A DNA stretch of 64,000 bases from Octopus vulgaris (GCA_951406725.2 OX597823.1:28272001-28336000), one strand, 5' to 3'. Positions 40,853 to 55,396 are shown, counted from the first letter of the stretch. Notes: a model not told the origin generated them from the sequence alone. Program-made: numbers and translations.

Positions 40853-41261
40853 GTTTGGCTCCTCATCATAATCAGCTGTCAGTTTTCCTGATATAGTTGA
40901 TCGTTCTATTGCTAGTAGCCATTCTCTAATCAGTCTGAATAATTACCACGGTGCTTGAAGCTATATTAATCTCATACCAGGACAGTTAAATACGTAACCA
41001 CTTCTATTGCAATTATATGTTCTTCATATAATGTAATACCGTGAAGAAAAAAACACTAAAATTACTGAAGCTTTAACCTGCACACAACTGTGATGTTCTC
41101 TCGTAATTCCCTCATATTTAACTAGTCTTAAAGTACATATTCTTTAAACGAATATGGTAATTGGGAATCGTTTCTATATCAAAGCTATTAACACCGTTTT
41201 AAGAGAAGTAACCTTGTACCAAACGGAATCGTGATATCAGGTTAGCCTCCATATGTTATTA

Positions 41262-41442
41262 CGAAGTCTGATCAATAAGTATCTGGAGTTTCGCCATAGT
41301 AAGGAAGCTAAACCACGCATAGTGAAGCCGCTTGGAAAATATTAACCCTGAACTCTGCTGTGCATATGCACTGAGTTTTAACATTCTTAGCTTTAGCTTC
41401 GTTACTATGTCAACAATCCGGATACTTACTGATCAGACCACG
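41262..41442. mobile_element. Mariner MITE (181 bp), same TIR family as 8788 and 51108
   Basis: TA|cgaagtctgatcaataagtatc...gatacttactgatcagaccacg|TA. Confidence 0.85.
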
Positions 41443-41885
41443 TATGTTCTGCACTGCACGTAATATTTGGTATTCATGTTTTACGTGTTTAAAGTACTGG
41501 TAATAGACGATTCGTTCTCTTTCTCTTGTTCTACTACCGTTTAAAACACACTTGGTTTCACACGACTTAAGTGTACTTAATGCTGTCAACAATATCAAAA
41601 GCCGGTACTTAACTTCGTTATAAACGAACGAGTGCCTGATAGCATAAGCTAAATTTCACCGAGGTTGCATTTTCTCCTTATTTCCGGAACGGTACACCAT
41701 TCCGTCGCAGATTTGAAATCCGGCTCCCACTGGTACAGAGATGAGCGAATTGAAGCAACGTGGAAAGAACATACCTTATTGAATGACGAAATGTGCCACC
41801 CAGCTGGAGAATGGATACCCCACACTAATGACTAAGAGCCCAGCACACTTACCATTAAGACATGCGTATTTAAATAAAACATATA

Positions 41886-42104
41886 CAGTAAACGCTCGAC
41901 TATTACGTGTGTTACGTTCCAAAACCTCCCGCGATAGGTGAAAATCCGCGAAGTAGAAACAGTACTGTATATATATTCTAAAACATCTTTATAATTTGTA
42001 TATATTTATTTTATTATAAATGCAAAACAACACCAAGGAGAAATCGGCGTAAGCTTAAATAATAAACCGAGATTGGCGAACTGCAATATGTCGAGGGGTT
42101 TCTG
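41886..42104. mobile_element. pogo/Tigger-like MITE
   Basis: TA|cagtaaac...gtttctg|TA; inverted relative of 35563. Confidence 0.75.
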
Positions 42105-44561
42105 TAATATAATATTTGAAGCTATTTCTAACAACTTACATAGAATGGGTTGTATACTCTGGAGTTTTCTCTCAATCGAGTTAAAAAAGCATTTTCATGT
42201 TTGACATAAACGACCCTCAACCGATTCATTACGTTTCATTTTACTTCAAGATAACATTCAGACCAACACACCTCAATATGTGTTATGTAGTTTTCTACTG
42301 AACAGAGTAGGACACGGAGAGAGATGTCGATCCACTGATACCTCGCATTTCTTTTAGAACTCATCATTGTTTAGACATTTATAAGTCCACATTCCATTGA
42401 AAAATAAGAAAAAGGAATTGACTTTTAAATTTATATTTAGTCCACTCAGTAGAGCTCATCACTTTCCAAGGCATATCATACAAAGTGTTAACTCAGCGGT
42501 ATGAGCTAACGATTAACTCGGTAATTACTATTTCATCCAGTTCAATTCTGAAGGAACAGACTATTATTAGAAGTGATAAGATTGTGAACATCTAGCTTCC
42601 GATACATAGATCGTCGCAGACTACAACATCCAGTACGTTTCTCCTTAAATAAAAGAAAGTGTAAAATGTAAAGTGTATAAGAGAGAATTGACTGCTATAT
42701 TTTAGCCCATTGAGTAACTACTTAGAACGTAGCCATTCGATAAACGAAGGCTGGTTTGAGCCGTGATTTATATATAATCGGCCACATCATATTTGCAGCT
42801 AAAAACTGGAGCGTGGATATATTGGATATTGTATTTCCAGACAAGCTATGCCTCAGAAAACTTTATCGCAATGACTGGATTATCTTTGGTATTGATAATA
42901 TCCAGTCAAGACTAACATTGATTTAAACACCTGCAATGCACAGTCATCAGTTGGTAATCTGCTTATTTTAGTACGTAATCTGCTTATTTTGCAATGGTTT
43001 GATTGTTGAATTTGATGTCACCATTGTTGTTAGTGTTATTCTCATATCAATCCTGACTGACAAAGAAAAGAAAAACGTATCACCAAAAGCATTTTAACCG
43101 TGACCGTTGTCCCTTTAAGGAGGAGGCTAAGGTTGCCTTTTCTATCTAAGATAGTAGATAGAAATTTGATGGAAATTTGTGTAGCTATTTCCAGCTGCTC
43201 GTGGGACTGCGAAATGGTTTCTCTTTGGGGATTCGAGCATTGGTTCCTCTTGTTACTTCTCTACAAAAACTTAAAGAACAATATATTATTTTGACTTACA
43301 TTTTATTATTCTCCTTAGATACATCATTTTTTAGTTCGTCTCAGTAAGTACGGCAGTAATAAAAAAGAAATTCCGCTTCATGATATATTTGATTGGTCAG
43401 TCACATTATAGATATCTATCTGGAATGCATTAAACCATAACGTCTGTATACTTAGATGCGTTAATCTATTCTTGTTTATCGACTTCTAGAAGAAGAAAGA
43501 TATACTATTTACGTCAAGCTATATCTATTAATGTAAGTCAACAGAGCATGTATATCTTAAACTGTTTTGACAATGATTAGAAGAAAATAATATAATACGA
43601 ATAAATAAATGAAAAGAATGCGAATACGAAACAACAAACTTTACATGCTTCCGAAGTAAGACAGCGTTTCTCTAATGTATTTGACAAAGAAAATCATTCG
43701 ATCAATACATCTAGATCTTATCGTATGTTTTTAGATGTCCATCTTCTTCGGGCAAATATTGACTTGTGAAACATTTAGATTCGAGTAAATATATATGCAA
43801 TACTAATGTAGAATGGAGTTTGATTTGAAATGTGTACAAAGTGCACATAACAAAACACACAGGCATTCTTAGCAATCTTTTTAAAAAACAGCATCGGATT
43901 CGTGTAAAAATAAGGACATCATGCTGAGATACGAATTAGTTTGGTAAAGACCAAAGATCAGTAATAAGATAAAAAATTGAAAGAAAATTGGATGAAAATT
44001 GTGACCCCCATCTGTGATAAAAAGGAGGTTGATGTTGTAGACTGGAAGCAATAATGGAAAATTAGATACGCTAAGAGATTCTTGAGCTCCCCACAGACTG
44101 TCTCATTTAGAGAAGACTTATGGATTTCATAGCATACAGCTTTTTTTCTTTAAAGCTCAGACACATATGATGTTACAGAAGTATGTTTCGTACATTTACA
44201 TGCTACATGGGATCGAATCCGAATTTTTAATTGCCCTTTATCCTGCAGTGAAAAACACATTTAATTTTCTAGAAGGTGCAGAAAAATCCAGAGTACTGTC
44301 GATTAGCTGCATCAAATTGAATATCACATTAAAATGCTACAATAACAATAACAATAGCAGCATTCTATAATTTCCAGGAATATTGACATATTTCTTAAAT
44401 TCATAGTTTTTCTGCATTTTGTTCCATCTTATTTGTTGTAATGTGAACAAATACTGCAATCTCTTGTAAATACTACAGTATAAAAACTCCAAATTCCTAG
44501 CCGTTGTTGCAATCCACGTTATCAAAATACGCTCAACACTACCATTTCTCGTTAATGTTAC

Positions 44562-44738
44562 AGTCAACAAGGCCAAATTGCCAAGCATGGTCGATAGTGC
44601 CTAATTACTAACCATGAATCAACACTGCCAAATGGCTAACCATGTGTCAATAGTGCCGAATTTCTAGCACGAGTCAACACAGCCAAATTACTAACCATGA
44701 GATGATAGTGCCAAATTGCTAACCATGAGTCAACAATA
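44562..44738. repeat. Minisatellite, about 28-bp unit, 6-7 copies
   Basis: Approximate consensus gagtcaacagtgccaaattgctaaccat. Confidence 0.85.
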
Positions 44739-44744
44739 TCAATT

Positions 44745-45108
44745 GGTACCTTGGGCATGTGCTTTCTACTATAGCCTCGGGCCGACCAAAACCTTGTGAG
44801 TGGATTTGGTAGACGGAAACTGAAAGAAACCCGTCGTATATATATATATATGTGTGTGTGTGTGTACGTTTGTATGTGTGTGTGTGTGTGTGTGTACGTT
44901 TGTATGTCTGTGTTTGTCCCCAACATCACTTGACAACCGACGTCAGTGTGCTTATGTGACCGTAACTTAGTGGTTCAGCAAAAGAGACTCGTGGAATAAG
45001 TACTACTATTACAAAGAATAAGTCCTAGTGTCGATTTGTTCGACGGAAGATGATTCTCCAGCATGGCCGCAGTCAAATAACTGGAACCAATAAAAAATAA
45101 AGGAATAA
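44745..45108 (+). mobile_element. SINE family A, 5'-truncated
   Basis: From the CORE-like segment to the tail. Confidence 0.9.
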
Positions 45109-46165
45109 AAGTACTGTCTTTACTTCGCGGATTTTCCCCTATCGCAGGGGGTGGGGTTGGGGGGTTGGAACGTAACACCCGCGATAGTTGAGGTATTGCA
45201 GTATTTAGTACTGGCATATTTCATCATACATGTTCCTCTCATGCAAAATCCCCTTTACGAAATTTAGTATGGTCTGCTTTGTATTACCGTTCATTTTTAT
45301 TGCGTGAAATATATTTGCATATATTTCACTATTAACGCCTTCTTTACACCTTTCTAAATCTCTCCATAGGAGAATTTTAGTTAGTTTTTGATACATTTTA
45401 TCGAAACACTTCACGTAAAACAAGTTATATATAAACATTAACATATCTCTAATCTAAAGAATATTCAGAGAATTACCCACCTTTAATAACACGCTAAATA
45501 TTGTGGAGAACACTGTATTCCCTGCCAACATCAACAACGATATACAAAGATAGTTAACCAGCTACATGTCTTTTTCTGTTATAACTAATTTCTGAAATTT
45601 ATTTCTGAATATTTTATACTATACAAATTATATATAAATTTTATACAATATATTATTTATAATCCGCTTATATGACCATTGTCATGATAATTAAACGTTC
45701 ATCAATATTTAATGTAATTAGTTTTGCTTAAAGTTTCCACAAATTCAATTTTAAAAGTAACAAACGTAAAATGTTTTCTTCTTAGGTTTAGTCATTTTCT
45801 ACAGTAATTTTTACTCATTAAGCATATAATATTTGTCATTATAATTCGCGTTTTTTTTTCTAAAATAAACAAACAAACAAACGAAAAACGAAAGAAGCAT
45901 ATCCAAGAAAACCAGCTTGCATCATATGTTCATTCTATTATTTTGGGTTATTTTAAGTCTACTGCCAAGTATTGGTTCAGACACTGTAGTACTCCAGAAA
46001 ACGAATCATAAAAATTTGTGTTACAAGCTACAGGAGACAATAATTTTCTAATGTTAAAATGAATATTAATAATGCTTACTTCATATAAAGTAACATTAGT
46101 CATGAAGAATATTAAATGACAAAAGGTGACCATACACATGAGCAAATACTCTTTAAGTTCTACAC

Positions 46166-46330
46166 CAGTGGTTCCCAACCATTTCACTAACAAGGACCCC
46201 TTTTATTTAAATGAGTTTTCCCACGGTCCCCTTTTAATATGCTTATCATTATGTATATGTATATGAAATTTTGAATTTAGTTCACAGACCCCCAGTAGTA
46301 CCCTTGCGGACTACAGGTTGGAAAATACTG
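46166..46330. mobile_element. hAT (Charlie-like) MITE
   Basis: TIRs cagtggttcccaacc / ggttggaaaatactg; 8-bp TSD ttctacac / ctctacac. Confidence 0.85.
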
Positions 46331-49025
46331 CTCTACACTATGCTGACGTTAATTTATTAGTATGACTAATAGAAAAACTGCCCTCCGGGCTGTTTTCTGC
46401 TGGGCACTTTATTACATTTTCACATTTGATTACCAATTCTAATAATTTTAATGATTTTTTACGTCTAATTATTTCTTTGTATAATAGTGCTCACTTGTGT
46501 AGTAACTATTGCTGTCATTATTTTATAACAGTCATAATCTCTCTTTCTTTTAAACAAACATCAAGGTAGTCCATCTACGGGGAGGGGAGCAGTTTGTCTA
46601 GTTTTACGTTCCCCTCAAAGCAACATACAGATTTCAATTCAGCAGCCCATCTGTAAGCTTTGTAGTGTGTGTGTGTGAGAGAGAAGGGGGTGAGAGAACA
46701 TTGCAGACAATGAATGAAATAAACATGAAATGAAATAATCATATAAATAAAAGGGCATTACTGCAGATGTATACGCCCCAGATTTTGTTACCTCATAACA
46801 ACCAGGAAAATAGATACCTTTTTTTACAAAATTCTCTATATAGATATTTATGAGTAAAAACTTTTTCCGAGGGGCTGCAGAGAGGAGTTTCAGAAAATTC
46901 ACTCGATCCGAATTTTTTCCCTCATAACTTTCAAGGAAATGGCTATCTTTTAATGGAAGTTTATACAAATCACTTTCAATCGGCATAGATTATGATTATA
47001 AAGAAATTTGTGGGGAAAATCTTTTCCGGGCGTGGGAGTGGGAAGATGAGTTTTGGATCAAGAAGACGAAATAAGTTAGAACTACTCTATTTTGAGAGGG
47101 GTTTTCCACATTATTTGTAACCGACAGCCTTAAAATTGATAGGGTATGGGTGGGCATCTTTGTGCAAAGGAAGTTTTGAAACATTTTTTATCAACGCCAT
47201 CCTTCTTCATTCCTCTCTAGACATATTTTGGCCAATGATTTTTTGCATTTCAAAACCATTGGAGGAGCCTTTTCGGTTAAAGAAAAGAAAATTCAGTATT
47301 TTCAGAGGGAAAAGTGATTGATTTGAGATTTAGCTGTTGCTTCTAGCACATCCAAAGACAAACATCTTCGTTTCTTTATTGCTCTTGCATGTTTTGATGT
47401 TTTTCAATATACTCCCCCCTAAATATATTTATATGCTATAGAAAAGAAAATTTGAGAAATTATAAATTTTTTGAAATCCCACTCCCTACCCCCGATTGTT
47501 TCTGCTTAGAAATTAAAATTCATTTTAATAGCATACTGTTATGTTAGAAAATATTTTTTCTTACACACACACACACGCCTTCGCTTGTTTGAGTTAAGGG
47601 TAAAAATTTAGATTTCAATTTTTTTTTGTTGCTTATATTCCACCAAAGGTCCATACATGTGTTACTTCGGCATCATATTCCATAAAATGTGTTTAATGAG
47701 ATAAAAATATTGAAAAAAAGCGGAGGTTGGTTGCGTTTGTGCTAGAAATAACAGTGAAACCTCCCTCAAATTGTACACTTTTTCTTCTGAAAATATGTAC
47801 ATTTTTTTTATTTTACCGAAAAGGCTCCTCCCATGGTTTTTAAGTTTAAAAAAGATAACCAAAATCGGTCCGGATAATTATTATTGTAAGGCTTTTAGCT
47901 TTCCAAACACCATAATAATAAAATAACTTCTTATTTTTTTTACACAAATAAATTCTGTGTATTAAAAGATTTTCATTCAATAAATAATGTTTTTACATTG
48001 CGTATATATTAAAAGAATAAACTGTGGGTTTTCCAAACAGCGAATTAAAACTTGAAACGAAAACACTGAATTAGAGAGTGAGAGATTTTGCAAATGAAAA
48101 CGGTCTACTCTGCAATGAACACAACGAATATTAAAATTTGTGAAAAATTGGAGTTCAGAAATCGAAATTATATGAAATTTCTTGGAACTTGAATTTATAA
48201 GGAATATTCAAAACGGCCAATAAATGCTTTCTTTTAGTACTTTTAGTAACTATTACTTACCTAATTAATAAGCAGCTTTCTCCATTATCAGTCAACTACG
48301 GTAGTAGTTGAATAATATTCTTAAGTCCGCAATTTACTCACACGCAGAATTTTCAGAGCTTGTCGTTAATTCAGTTCTTAACCAAATTGGAAACTGATAA
48401 CATTTTTGAAGAGGGCTGGTCCGTAGCCACGTTTTGGCATAACAAATTGAGATTTGATCCCATAGAAAAAAGTTTACATCATCAAAGTTTGTAGCAACGA
48501 CGTAGGAGAGTAAGTAACGCCATCAATCAAGTTTAGATCTAAATAACTTTTTTTATTGTAAAAGCAAAATATAGTTATCTTAGCTTCAATGATAGAAGAA
48601 AGCATGAAGAATAATAATGTGTTGGTCCCATGCATGAAAAATTTGTATCAAATAAGTTGTGACGTAACATATCATGACATTTCTACCGATACCACGAGAG
48701 GAGTTGTTGACCTCAAGATTAGAATTCAAAACCCTGAGGTCATTTGCTAGAAAGTTCCATTTAATATGGAAAGAGAATCATGAATTCGGTCACCACATTA
48801 CCTAACCTTCACAACCCTTGTGTCCATGGCCAAAATTATATTGAGATGATAGGTGGTCTGTCCGATAAAAGAGAGATTCCAGTGCTTTAGTGAGTTACAG
48901 ACCGGCTTGAACCTTTCTTGTAGATCCTTGACAGCCGCTTCCCCTGAAATCTTCCCAAGCAGCAAACGCTATGGCGTTCAGAGTTTGTCTGCCGGTAATC
49001 CAGTCATAAGCAGACGACTGCGTGG

Positions 49026-49052
49026 TTATATAACAGCGTAGGTGAAAGGTCA
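49026..49052 (-). promoter_or_regulatory. Candidate TATA box plus nuclear-receptor DR1-like site
   Basis: ttatataa at 49026-49033 and aggtga-a-aggtca at 49040-49052 in unique sequence; motif match only. Confidence 0.25.
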
Positions 49053-50039
49053 GCATATTTTATATGATCTGAGAGCAAAACAAAAGGATTTTATTTTTCT
49101 AATTCATAAAAAATAATCGTTAATCTCCAATATTTTCTCTATTTGGAATACAATTCCTCATGCATATTTGACACAAAGCACATCTTATCATTTAGGAGAT
49201 TATGTCCCTTAAACCGCAATTTTAAATGAACTCTATAGAATCTTTCTTCGATTTCATTCCTAATAGTTCACTCACCAAACTGTCATATAGAACATATAAA
49301 TACCATTTATTCAATACAATATTCTCTTATATGCTTGTATTTTTATGTTAACCACTCAAACGACCCACTCTCCTATACATCCCCCTCATTGGAGCACACA
49401 CTGTATTTACTCGAGCACAATGCAATGTCGAATACAATGTGATCCCATATACTTCTATCTAAAAATCAGCAATATATTTTATTCAGATATCTCTTTCTTA
49501 CTGACTCGAGTATTATGCTACCTCTAATATTTTGAAGCTGACGCTTTGAATTAAATATTTCGCATTATAAACATATAAATACAGCGTCTGTTTACACCTT
49601 TTCATGTATTTTCCCTTTAATACTGTGAAATAGTTGATAAAAAGTAACTTCTTATTCAAGAGATTTAATTATAATCTATCTCTGTCTGTCTGTCTATCTA
49701 TCTATCAATTTATCTATCTATCTGTTTCATTATAATAAATATATGATTATATAGGTAAATGTATACAGCATCGTACACACACACACACACACGTATGTGA
49801 GAGTGAGTGTGTTTGTATATATAAATTCAAACAAATAAATACATCGGTGCGTGAATGTGTGTGTGTGTGTGTATGTATCACACGTTATCATCAAAATAGA
49901 TAAGAAGACAAAATCGCCTGAAACGAAATATTGATCTCCAGAATAAACGAGCTAAAAAGACTAAATAAAATAATACCGAAAACCTTACAGAAGAAACTCT
50001 ACTGTAAAAAAAAATGCGTGTGGATTTGTATAAACAATA

Positions 50040-50106
50040 CATTGTTGTTGTTGTTGTTGTTGTTCTTGTTTTTGTTGTTATTAGTTTTCTTCTTCTTCTT
50101 CTTCTT

Positions 50107-50137
<31 letters not shown>

Positions 50138-50240
50138 TTCTTATTAATATTATTATCATTATTATTATTGTTGTTGTTGTTGTTATTATTATTGTTGTTA
50201 ATATTATTGTTATTGTTACTACTACTACTACTACTACTAC

Positions 50241-50316
<76 letters not shown>

Positions 50317-50330
50317 GCTGTTGGTATTAG
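50040..50330. repeat. Compound TTG/TTC/TTA/CTA microsatellite
   Basis: Directly visible. Confidence 0.95.
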
Positions 50331-50502
50331 TATAGCTTATACTTATATTTTAAATTTTGCTTTGCTCGTTACTTCGTCTTCATTATTAATGGTACAGTTG
50401 TTTTTTGTAGGCAATTTTCTATATTTACTTTAGATGGTTCAAATATATAAACAGACCAAAACTCAAAGTTACAAATACTATAAAATAATCAAATATTCTA
50501 TG

Positions 50503-50551
<49 letters not shown>

Positions 50552-51107
50552 TGAGCATGCGAAATAGAGAGGACATTTTTTTTGCTTCTATTTTCTTCTC
50601 TTTATCAGATGTGGTAGTCCTAGAAAATGTACTGCAAAATTATTATGGAAAAGAACTCCTGTCGAGTTTAAATGGTTTATGTGACTCACTTCAAACGCAG
50701 GAATTTTCAATGGGCGAAATATAATACACAAAGGCTCACACGCGTGCATACATATTTAAAAGTTTATGAACAAAAGAGAAAGCACGCGATACATAGGGTA
50801 GGGTTTAAACATGTATTGTATTGCATGCATGTATGTGTGTATGTATATTATAGATATCAATCTGTCTGTTTCTCACTCTGCATTTGTGTGTATATATGTG
50901 TGTGCATATGCATGTGTATGTGTATGTATACGGCTGTGTGGTAAGAAGTTTCGTTCCAATCCACATGGTTCTAAGTGCAATATCACTGCGTGGAATTTTC
51001 GGCAACTGCCTTCTCTAGCCCTGGACCGAACAACCCCTTGCAAGTAGAGCTGGTAGAAGGAAACATGAAGAAGCCCGTCGTTCATATATATATATATATA
51101 TATGTAA

Positions 51108-51893
51108 ATGTGATCTGATCGGCAAGTATCCGGACTGTTGCCATAGTAGCGAAGTCATAGCATGCAGAGTGAAGCTGCTTGACATAAATTGCTCTTCAGA
51201 TCTGCAGTGCATGCACACTAAGTTTTAACGTTCTAGCCCACTTCTGCTGTTTATAGCAGTGCTTGGAAGTAAGGTTTGCAGGGTGTGATTGTCGTATTGA
51301 CCATGAGAGAGATAGTTGGGCAAAGAATCTTGGCGGTACCTGCTCAGACGCCTACACAAAGTTTTCAAAACGTTTTCATCATTCTCGACACAATCAAGGA
51401 GATCTGGTGCAACTGAGAACCCAAGTGATAATGGACTGAACTGAACCGTAACTAATCTGCACATCCTCTGATAACTCACGGATTGTGTATTCAACGATTT
51501 CCCCTCACAGCTGCACGCACGACAGTGTTGTTTGTTTTTAAGTTCTGCTGATTGCAAGCCTCCCAGAGCGTTCACCTATATTGACATTCTTGCGGCCAAC
51601 TTAGAATCGTCTGAACCAGTTTTGTGAGGTTCATACACTCCTCTCCGTACACTTTCTGCAACTTTGTGTAGGCTTCTGAGCAGGTATGACCATGACAACT
51701 TTCTATGTCATGGTCAATGCAAATATCAGACGTTACTCATCTTCCTTCGAAGCATTGCTGTACACGACAAAAGAGGGCTAGAACGGTAAAACTTATTGCG
51801 CATGCACAGCAGAGTTGAAGGTCAATTTTATCAAGTGGCTTCACCCTGCTTGCTTTAGCTTCGTTATTATGGCAACGGTCCAGATACTTATTG
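51108..51893 (-). mobile_element. Mariner-derived fold-back element, second copy
   Basis: Long inverted arms aagtatccggactgttgccat / atggcaacggtccagatactt; transposase N-terminal remnant on the minus strand; same internal junction as the 8788 copy. Confidence 0.85.
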
Positions 51894-52111
51894 TGTGTAT
51901 GTGTGTGTGTGTGTGTGCGTGTGTGTGCGTGTGTGTGTGTGTATTTGCAGGGCGAACGGTTTTGTTATATGGTGGCGTATTTTAAAATCCTGCAACTAAT
52001 GATAATGGTATGTTTATATAAGCTTAAAGCTTATGACGATCACCGTGCAATCACTACGGAAAATAGTCTAATAACGAGGCATATAAGCCGACGACAGAAA
52101 AAGAAGGCTTT

Positions 52112-52171
<60 letters not shown>

Positions 52172-52178
<7 letters not shown>

Positions 52179-53199
52179 AACTATGGTTGCAGAACAAACA
52201 AATAAAAGGTCATCCACCTAACATATCCCATCTCGAACATTTGATCACATAATGCTTTTCTTACACATAGAATATAGATGCCTATAATCACAGAAGATGG
52301 AACATAATTCATTAATACAGGCATATAAGAGAAATGTGTGAGTACAGTCTATCGCGATTAAAATTTAATACTTTAGCGACTAAAAAAATATATCTTAACA
52401 TTATAACATCTAGAATAATACATATATAAAAATATAAAGAAATATATAAATATATAAATATATAAAAATACGTATATAAAGAAAACATATAAATATATAA
52501 TATATAAGGTAAGATAAAAGTTCACCATTTAGAATTTTTTTCGATTATATATTGCATGGTTACTTATTATAAGTAACCATGAAATATTGCATCAGGTTTG
52601 GTTAAAGAAATTTCGCCCTGGTATGTGAAGTGTTTTTTTTTTTATTTTTCCCCTGATGAAGGAGTAATTATCGTGATGCACCTTCGTCCATTAAATACGG
52701 TACTGAATTCCTGAAATGGCCATAGGTAATGTAAATATGGTTTCTTCTTTTTTGCTTGGACACTGGCTTTTCATAATAAGTTTTTCCTTATCTTAAAAAG
52801 TAATTTTTAATCGAAAGAATTTACTAAAGGATGAACTTTTATCTTACCTTATATATTATATATTTATATGTTTACTATATATACGTATTTTTATATATTT
52901 ATATATTTATATATTTATATATTTATATATTTCTTTATATTTTTATATATTTATTATTCTAGATGTTATAATGTTAAGATATATTTTTTTAGTCGCTAAA
53001 GTATTAATTTTTAATCGCGATAGACTGTAGTCACACATTTCTCTTATTTGCTTGTATTAATGAATTATGTTTCATCTTCTGTGGTTTTATGCATCTATAT
53101 TCTATGTGTAAGAAAAGCATTATGTGATCAAATGTTTGATGTGATATGTTACGTAGATGACCTTTTATTTGTTTGTTCTGCAACCATAGTTTACTATAT
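52172..53199. mobile_element. Long inverted repeat (arms about 52172-52547 and 52807-53199), probable Penelope-like inverted pLTR structure
   Basis: Arms are close reverse complements over more than 350 bp; flanked by (TA)n; hammerhead motif in the spacer. Confidence 0.8.
52648..52729 (+). ncRNA. Minimal type I hammerhead ribozyme-like motif
   Basis: ccc-CTGATGA-aggag...ttcct-GAAA-T-ggcc-ATA-gg; stem II aggag/ttcct; palindromic tggcca stem III; AUA triplet; weak stem I. Confidence 0.65.
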
Positions 53200-53239
53200 T
53201 TGTCTCATTTACTTGAGCACTTCTATAGCAGTCCTATTA

Positions 53240-53274
<35 letters not shown>

Positions 53275-53277
53275 CAG

Positions 53278-53387
<110 letters not shown>

Positions 53388-53766
53388 GTGTGTGAGTGTG
53401 TATACAACATATACACTTCAATCTTGAAAGATTTGAAAGATTACATTGCGATCGAAGGAGAAGTTACGTTTGTATATTTGTTTGTTTCTGAGCACGGTTC
53501 GCTTATCTATACTGGAACACACACATTCCCTTATTAAGTTGTAGCTTACTTTTTTTCTATCATTTGCGATCCAGCAACAGTTTTTACATATCTACAGTAA
53601 TTTGCGTGTCGTTTTAAAATTTGTATTATCTTGTCTTAAGGGAGGGAAATCCAAATGCATTTATATAACGTTACTTTTGCAGCAAAGCTTCTAATCTAAT
53701 TTAAGGATATTGAAGCTGTACCACACACACACACGCATACACATACCCACACACACACACACACAC

Positions 53767-53828
<62 letters not shown>

Positions 53829-54000
53829 GTTAGCCCCTGCTCGCTTATCCAGTGGGGTGGCGTCATTCGAAGGCTAAAACAATGCGAACGCATTGTGACT
53901 AGCGATGTGTAACTACATTTGATGGACTGGTCGGTCACGTGATCACGTGATATATATATACATACATATATAAAACATATATATGTATGCATATATATAT

Positions 54001-54004
<4 letters not shown>

Positions 54005-54031
<27 letters not shown>

Positions 54032-54067
54032 AACAGATGCAGAGAATAAGAGATAGATAGATAAATT

Positions 54068-54135
<68 letters not shown>

Positions 54136-54168
54136 TATAGATAGGTAGATAAATTGATAGATAGATAT
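54005..54168. repeat. (GA)n/(GATA)n microsatellite
   Basis: Directly visible. Confidence 0.95.
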
Positions 54169-54896
54169 CTGTGAGTGTCCATAGCTTCTTACTGACCTGC
54201 AAAGCGAATGGAACTATCCAACCTGGCTGAGAATCAGCAACTTTTAACCAAAGCTGTTGCATAAATGTCACATCTCATTCAAATGCAGTGTACAATCCTG
54301 ACATTTGGCATTGTCTAAGGATACATCGTTTTAGATCATCATTGAAAAGACAACCTTGTTGCTATAATTGTTAGGCGTATGTTCTTTCAAGTGGTGAAAA
54401 TGAATATACTTGCTCATGATCAATGGAGTGGTTGACAAAGATTTCGGGAGACAAACTCAGCCGTTGGTTGAACAGTTGAAAGAATTATTATTGCATTTAA
54501 TGTTTCCCTTCCCAACGACTCACTTAAATTTCGCTATAATCCTTTTCAAAGTGTACAGGCGCTTACTCTCAGTATGATATCCCATGAAACATATCGTTTT
54601 TGAGAATCCCAGTGGATAAGTGAACCATTACCTAAAGAATGCCTTTTCCCATATTTTCCGAAGCCAAATCTTTTTTTTTCTTTTTTTGTTTAATGAGCAG
54701 GTTTTCTTTTTTCTCTCAATTCAACGAACTATTGTGCGAAATATCGACCATTATTCATTTCTTAATTCCCCTTTACAGCCTTAAACTCATACTAGATACT
54801 ACTTTGTTATGTCTTTTAACATTTTCGTTGTATTCTGATTTGAGATTTTAAGAACTAAATATAGAATAAATCCACATACGCTCTATACATATATAA

Positions 54897-54987
<91 letters not shown>

Positions 54988-54989
<2 letters not shown>

Positions 54990-55396
54990 CGCAGGAGTAG
55001 CTGTGTGGTAAGTAGCTTGGCATCTGCGTGGCATCTTGGGCAAGTGTCTTCTGCTATAGCCCCGGGTCTTCTGCTATAGCCCCGGGTCTTCTGCTATAGC
55101 ACCAATGCCCTGTGAGTGGATTTGGTAGACGGAAACTAAAAGAAGCCCGTCGTATATATGTATATGTATATATATATGTATGAGTGTATGTGTTTGTGTG
55201 TGTGTGTTTGACCCCCTAGCATTGCTTGACAACCGATGCTAGTGTGTTTACGTCCCCGTCACTTAGCGGTTCGGCAAAAGAGACCGATAGAATAAGTACT
55301 GGGCTTACAAAGAATAAGTCCTGGGGTCGATTTGCCCGACTAAAAGGTGGTGCTCCAGCATGGCCGCAGTCAAATGACTGAAACAAGTAAAAGAGA
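54988..55396 (+). mobile_element. SINE family A with B-box deletion and internal 20-bp repeat
   Basis: Comparison with the copy at 15064. Confidence 0.9.

Noticed and set aside
44562-44738. Regular 28-bp repeats resembling a CRISPR array
   Set aside because: No unique spacers, eukaryotic context, no cas genes
46560-47900. Possible decayed DNA-transposon sequence
   Set aside because: No TIRs, TSD or coding remnant could be defined
50608-50724. Possible plus-strand terminal exon DVVVLENVLQNYYGK...
   Set aside because: Not preserved in the duplicated copy near 56270; no upstream exons found
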